A stretch of 64,000 bases of DNA from an uncultured virus (IMG/VR IMGVR_UViG_3300008116_000198). Taxonomy: Duplodnaviria; Heunggongvirae; Uroviricota; Caudoviricetes. The notes beneath the pieces are model-generated. The model saw only the letters and a list, made by a program, of their open reading frames with translations, was not told where the DNA came from and ran no database searches. Location of the stretch: IMG/VR virus record IMGVR_UViG_3300008116_000198. The stretch is one strand, 5' to 3'. The position numbers and the translations under genes were made by a program. Below, piece after piece: positions 60,114 through 64,000 of this stretch; the first letter of the stretch is position 1, and each line of letters opens with the position of its first letter.

Positions 60114-61730
60114 ATGTCAGACATCAAATCACTACTAACTGAGACAACCAATCCAATGGTTAAGCTCATGAGCGAAACCCGTGGACTAGTGTCCAAATGG
60201 GAAAAGACTGGTCTTCTAGAAGGAATTAAGACCGACATGGAAAAATCACACATGTCGATTCTTTTGGAAAACCAAGCAAAGCAACTAATCGACGAAGCTA
60301 CCCGCACTGGTACTTCAGCTAACTCCGAACAATGGGCAGGCGTTGCTCTTCCATTGGTTCGCCGTGTTTTCGCTGAAATCGCCGCTAAGGAATTCGTCAG
60401 CGTTCAGCCAATGAACCTACCATCAGGTCTAGTATTCTATCTAGACTTCAAGTATGGTACCAACCAAGCTGGAAAACCAGCATTCGTAAACCAAAGCTTG
60501 TTCGGTGGAACAGGAACAAAGTTGGGTTCAACCGACAGCGCAGTCAATGGTCTATATGGCCAAGGCCGCTTCGGTTACACCATCAATGACGTTTCTGGAA
60601 GCTCAAACTTCACAGGAACAGCCACAACTGGTTCATGGTTGGATGCAAAGTTCGTTCCAGAACTATCATCATCAATCGTTGCTACCGAAATCATCAAGAT
60701 CACCGTTGACATGGATCCAGACACATATGGAACCGATCTAAATGGTGCTCGCGCATTCACGATCTCTGGATCTGGAATCGTTGATTTCTACCCAGCATTC
60801 ACAAGCGTTTCTGGAAACAATGTTTCGTTCATCGTTTCTGGTTCCGCAATTGGTGCATCCCCATCCGTAAAGATCGTTTATCACAAGCAACCAGCACCAA
60901 CAAGCCGTGGCGACTTCGAAGATCTCGGCGCAGGATTGCCAAATCAAACAGGTGTTGCCAATGACGTTGGAATTCCAGAAGTCAACCTAGAGTTGAAGTC
61001 CGAAGCCATCGTTGCAAAGACACGCAAGTTGAAAGCCGTCTGGACACCAGAATTGGCTCAAGACTTGAACGCATATCACTCAATCGACGCAGAAGCAGAA
61101 TTGACTGCTCTATTGAGCGAATACGTTTCGATGGAAATCGACCTAGAAATCCTCGACATGTTGGTAACAGCCGCTCCAACAGCAACAACCGAATACTGGT
61201 CAGCACGTATCGGTGACGAATATGACACAACACAAAACAAGTTCGTCGCAACTGCTGCTAACCGTACAGCATACGTAAAGAGCACATGGTTCCAAACATT
61301 GGGCAACAAGATCCAAAAGGTCTCCAACAAGATCCACCAGTTGACACTACGTGGTGGAGCAAACTTCCTAGTTTGCAGCCCAGACGTTGCAACCATCATC
61401 GAATCCATCCCTGGCTTCACAACCAACACAGATGGTGACCAAGCAAAGTTCGCAATGGGCGTTGCCAAGGTCGGTGCTCTAAGCAACCGTTGGACAGTAT
61501 ACAAGAACCCATACATGACCGACAACGTCATGTTGGTTGGTTTCCGTGGAAGCAACTTCCTAGAAACCGGCGCTGTATACGCTCCATACATCCCACTGAT
61601 CCAAACACCATTGGTGTACGATCCAGTGAACTTCACACCACGCCGTGGTGTGATGACACGTTATGCAAAGAAGATGATCCGCCCAGAATTCTACGGCAAG
61701 ATCGTCATCGGTGCATTGAACGAAGTCTAA
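60114..61730 (+). CDS. major capsid protein (T4 gp23-like)
   Basis: LPLVRRVF, VQPMNLPSGLVF, AKTRKLKAVWTPELAQDL, YAPYIPL and GVMTRY. Confidence 0.97.
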   Translation: MSDIKSLLTETTNPMVKLMSETRGLVSKWEKTGLLEGIKTDMEKSHMSILLENQAKQLIDEATRTGTSANSEQWAGVALPLVRRVFAEIAAKEFVSVQPMNLPSGLVFYLDFKYGTNQAGKPAFVNQSLFGGTGTKLGSTDSAVNGLYGQGRFGYTINDVSGSSNFTGTATTGSWLDAKFVPELSSSIVATEIIKITVDMDPDTYGTDLNGARAFTISGSGIVDFYPAFTSVSGNNVSFIVSGSAIGASPSVKIVYHKQPAPTSRGDFEDLGAGLPNQTGVANDVGIPEVNLELKSEAIVAKTRKLKAVWTPELAQDLNAYHSIDAEAELTALLSEYVSMEIDLEILDMLVTAAPTATTEYWSARIGDEYDTTQNKFVATAANRTAYVKSTWFQTLGNKIQKVSNKIHQLTLRGGANFLVCSPDVATIIESIPGFTTNTDGDQAKFAMGVAKVGALSNRWTVYKNPYMTDNVMLVGFRGSNFLETGAVYAPYIPLIQTPLVYDPVNFTPRRGVMTRYAKKMIRPEFYGKIVIGALNEV

Positions 61731-61756
61731 TTCTTAATAGAGTTAAACTCCTAAAC

Positions 61757-61787
61757 AAAAAGACCCGCAGAAATGCGGGTCTTTTTT
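61757..61787 (+). terminator. intrinsic terminator after the capsid gene
   Basis: AAAAAGACCCGCA-GAAA-TGCGGGTCTTTTTT. Confidence 0.9.
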
Positions 61788-61824
61788 ATTGTATATATCA
61801 TATGTATTTTTCGTACAAAATATT

Positions 61825-62616
61825 ATGAAGAAACTAAAATATTTATTGTTAAGTTTGTTAACATTGGTATCCATTTTGGTCGCCAATCCTATTGATGACA
61901 AGGCATCAAAATTTGTTTTAAATGGTGCGCCAATTAGCAAAATTACAAAAGATAATCAATATTTGATCAAAAAAGTATATGCTATTCATTACAGATATGA
62001 CAAGAAAACAGCAGAGTATGTAGTAGAGCGTCCTACAAAAGAAGATATACTTGGTGGAGCAAAAAGGCAGGATGATTTCAGACCAGATCCAGAAATACCA
62101 GAAAAGCATCAGTCAAAATTAAGCGACTATGCTGGTAATCCATATGATCGTGGTCATATGGTTCCTGCTGGAAATTCAACAAAGAATGCGGACACAATGA
62201 GTGAAAGCTTTTTTCTTTCAAACATGGTACCACAAGTTCCAAATCATAATCGCGGAATATGGAAGCAATTGGAAACATGTGTAAGAAATTGGGTGGTTGA
62301 TGAGGGTAAGGATTTATATGTTATTAGTGGTACAGCATATAATCCAGATCATAAAACAATTGGTGAAAACAAAGTTGGGGTACCAGATTATCTTTGGAAA
62401 ATTGTGATTGACGCAAAAACAAATACTTCTATATCATTTTTGTTTCCAAATACTTCATTACCTGTTGAAGATTTACCAAAGTATATTGTTAGTATTTCAG
62501 AAATAGAAACAAAAACAGGAATTGATTTTAATCCAAAAATGCCATCAAAGCAGCAAAAGGAATTTGAAGCCAGTAAAGCGGATCAAAAGAATTGGACTGG
62601 GCTGATCAAGAAATAA
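61825..62616 (+). CDS. DNA/RNA non-specific endonuclease (NucA/EndoG type) with a signal peptide
   Basis: DRGHMVPA and SFFLSNMVPQ...NRGIWKQLE; N-terminal MKKLKYLLLSLLTLVSILVA. Confidence 0.92.
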   Translation: MKKLKYLLLSLLTLVSILVANPIDDKASKFVLNGAPISKITKDNQYLIKKVYAIHYRYDKKTAEYVVERPTKEDILGGAKRQDDFRPDPEIPEKHQSKLSDYAGNPYDRGHMVPAGNSTKNADTMSESFFLSNMVPQVPNHNRGIWKQLETCVRNWVVDEGKDLYVISGTAYNPDHKTIGENKVGVPDYLWKIVIDAKTNTSISFLFPNTSLPVEDLPKYIVSISEIETKTGIDFNPKMPSKQQKEFEASKADQKNWTGLIKK

Positions 62617-62621
62617 AAATA

Positions 62622-63296
62622 TCAGCCACCTGATTTAAACACAGAAGCATTCCAATTCATTCTTTTCTTAACACCCTGATTGGTTGTTGTCTTATATTCT
62701 TTATGGTTTAAATATTCCTTGGCTGCGTCTTGGAATTTATATTGGTCCAATAGCTTCATTGTTTCTGGACCAAGATCTCCTTTTTTTCCAAACCCTCTGA
62801 ATCCCGCATTTATAATTGCGATTTTGATTGTAAGAGGAAATGTATCAAATTTCTTCATGAGTCTTTTGGCAGTATCAATTGTTCTATTAATGTCTTTGTT
62901 CAACAATTTAATAGCTTCATCATCAGTAAGTCCTTTACTGAAATCTTCGCCTTGTTGTATTTTGTGACCATATGCAATAGTATCACTGCCACCTTCTAAA
63001 CTTTTATGCGGAAACCATTTTTTCAATTGCTTGTTATATCCACCTCTTGGATTATCTTTGCTGTTTTCAAATTTCATGATTACGTTGGCCGCTTTTGATG
63101 CAACATCTTCTACCTTGGCCGTACCACTAAAATCAATATCGGGCTGCGTATAAGGCTTTCCAGCGGCACTTGACGCTGGTTGTGCATATGCGTGTTGCGC
63201 AGGAGGCATCACAAACTTTACTGGTGGTAAATCTGCCACAGGAGCTTCAATCAATTTTTGTTCTTTTAGTAAATCTTTTAGTTTGATGATACTCAT
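62622..63296 (-). CDS. GH24-like lysozyme with an N-terminal leader
   Basis: FE...DTIAYGHK and LTDDEAIKLLNKD; leader MSIIKLKDLLKE. Confidence 0.7.
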   Translation of the reverse strand: MSIIKLKDLLKEQKLIEAPVADLPPVKFVMPPAQHAYAQPASSAAGKPYTQPDIDFSGTAKVEDVASKAANVIMKFENSKDNPRGGYNKQLKKWFPHKSLEGGSDTIAYGHKIQQGEDFSKGLTDDEAIKLLNKDINRTIDTAKRLMKKFDTFPLTIKIAIINAGFRGFGKKGDLGPETMKLLDQYKFQDAAKEYLNHKEYKTTTNQGVKKRMNWNASVFKSGG

Positions 63297-63302
63297 ATAT
63301 AT

Positions 63303-63310
63303 TATAAATA
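63303..63310 (-). promoter_or_regulatory. TATTTATA putative late promoter on the minus strand
   Basis: TATAAATA on + (TATTTATA on -), ending 6 nt before the minus-strand ATG at 63296. Confidence 0.6.
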
Positions 63311-63374
63311 TGAAGATGACCGAGTATTATGTCTCGCATAATAAATATTGCGATATAAACACGGACCATAACCA

Positions 63375-63382
63375 TATTTATA
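63375..63382 (+). promoter_or_regulatory. TATTTATA putative late promoter
   Basis: Ends 4 nt before ATG 63387. Confidence 0.6.
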
Positions 63383-63386
63383 TAAT

Positions 63387-64000
63387 ATGGCAGACACATC
63401 GATAAATTACACCGTAGATCAGGATCGCGTGAGATGGCCGGGGTCTGGTTCCGCAATCACACCCGGAAGCGGCTCAACTCCTTTTGGATTTTACGATGGT
63501 GATGCAGTTTTTCAGTTGGACGCGCCGAATGCAGCAAAATGGGCGGCAACAAGATTGGGCTATCCAATCACCGACATTGAAATGATTGACAAAAATTTTT
63601 ATGCATGTTTTGAAGAAGCATGTTTTGAATATAGCGCACAAGTAAATCAGTTTAATATTCGCAACAACATGGGTGTGTTGCAAGGAAGTTCAGCCAATGT
63701 TAATTTGACCCAAACAAATGTTGCAGCAAGTGGACTGCCACAATTGATCAGATTGGCTGAAGGATATGGAACAGAGTTTGGTGTTGGTGGAAAAGTAGAT
63801 TGGAAAAAAGGATTTATACATGTTGAAGCAAAAAAGCAAACATATGATCTTCAGGCTTTGTGGGGAAATGTAAGTGAAAGTTTTGATCGTATTGAAATTC
63901 GCAGAATTTTTCATCAGATGCCACCCGCTGCTGCAAGAATTTATGATCCATTCAGCATGACTGGTATGAGCTATAGCAATGTATTGAATGAAATGGGATT
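63387..64000 (+). CDS. neck/head-completion protein (gp13-like), truncated by the window end
   Basis: Read by eye, absent from the ORF track: MADTSINY...WPGSGS...TPFGFYD...RLGYPITDIEM...FEEACFEY; no stop before 64000. Confidence 0.7.
   Translation, partial: MADTSINYTVDQDRVRWPGSGSAITPGSGSTPFGFYDGDAVFQLDAPNAAKWAATRLGYPITDIEMIDKNFYACFEEACFEYSAQVNQFNIRNNMGVLQGSSANVNLTQTNVAASGLPQLIRLAEGYGTEFGVGGKVDWKKGFIHVEAKKQTYDLQALWGNVSESFDRIEIRRIFHQMPPAAARIYDPFSMTGMSYSNVLNEMG

Noticed and set aside
442..63914. Numerous short minus-strand and nested ORFs in the track (e.g. 7888..8367, 58868..59407, 61076..61636, 63474..63683)
   Set aside because: They are shadows of well-supported + strand genes, with no motifs or independent expression signals
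1..64000. Alternative genetic code (stop-codon reassignment)
   Set aside because: Long genes are intact under the standard code and tile the window densely; the few breaks are frame changes, not in-frame stops

Overview
This 64 kb window is part of a large, AT-rich, T4-like (myovirus-type) tailed phage genome, with almost all genes on the + strand. No tRNA, rRNA, CRISPR array or transposase was recognised. Gene order: glycosylation cluster 1 (GT60-like, two GT4-like paralogues, GT25, GT11, UDP-galactopyranose mutase); Hsp20, DnaK and peptide deformylase; a gp55-like late sigma factor; a baseplate/tail block (gp5-, gp25- and gp6-like proteins, large Ser/Gly-rich proteins, an FG-GAP/dockerin protein); a RuvC-like resolvase, primase and fused Mre11-Rad50; glycosylation cluster 2 (GT4/GT2/FkbM fusions and a TibC-like heptosyltransferase); a 1300-aa multi-nucleotidyltransferase; terminase, portal, prohead protease, scaffold and major capsid protein; a secreted nuclease, a lysozyme and the start of a neck protein. 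Most notable observations: (1) the 1300-aa protein strings together a ligase-type KxDG domain, an HIGH-type domain and two Pol-beta-type nucleotidyltransferase domains, with the last two each preceded by an LxE-(G/S)G site resembling a prohead-protease cleavage site, suggesting a capsid-packaged polyprotein; (2) many unrelated small proteins share an N-terminal 'LKxIIxE' leader; (3) a strand-specific TATTTATW late-promoter motif, the reverse complement of the T4 late promoter, often lies exactly 4 nt before the ATG, implying leaderless mRNAs; (4) protein-targeting glycosyltransferases flank Ser-rich virion genes; (5) four genes carry apparent internal deletions or frameshifts that may be assembly artefacts. 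All family assignments come from motif recognition by eye; no database search was run.
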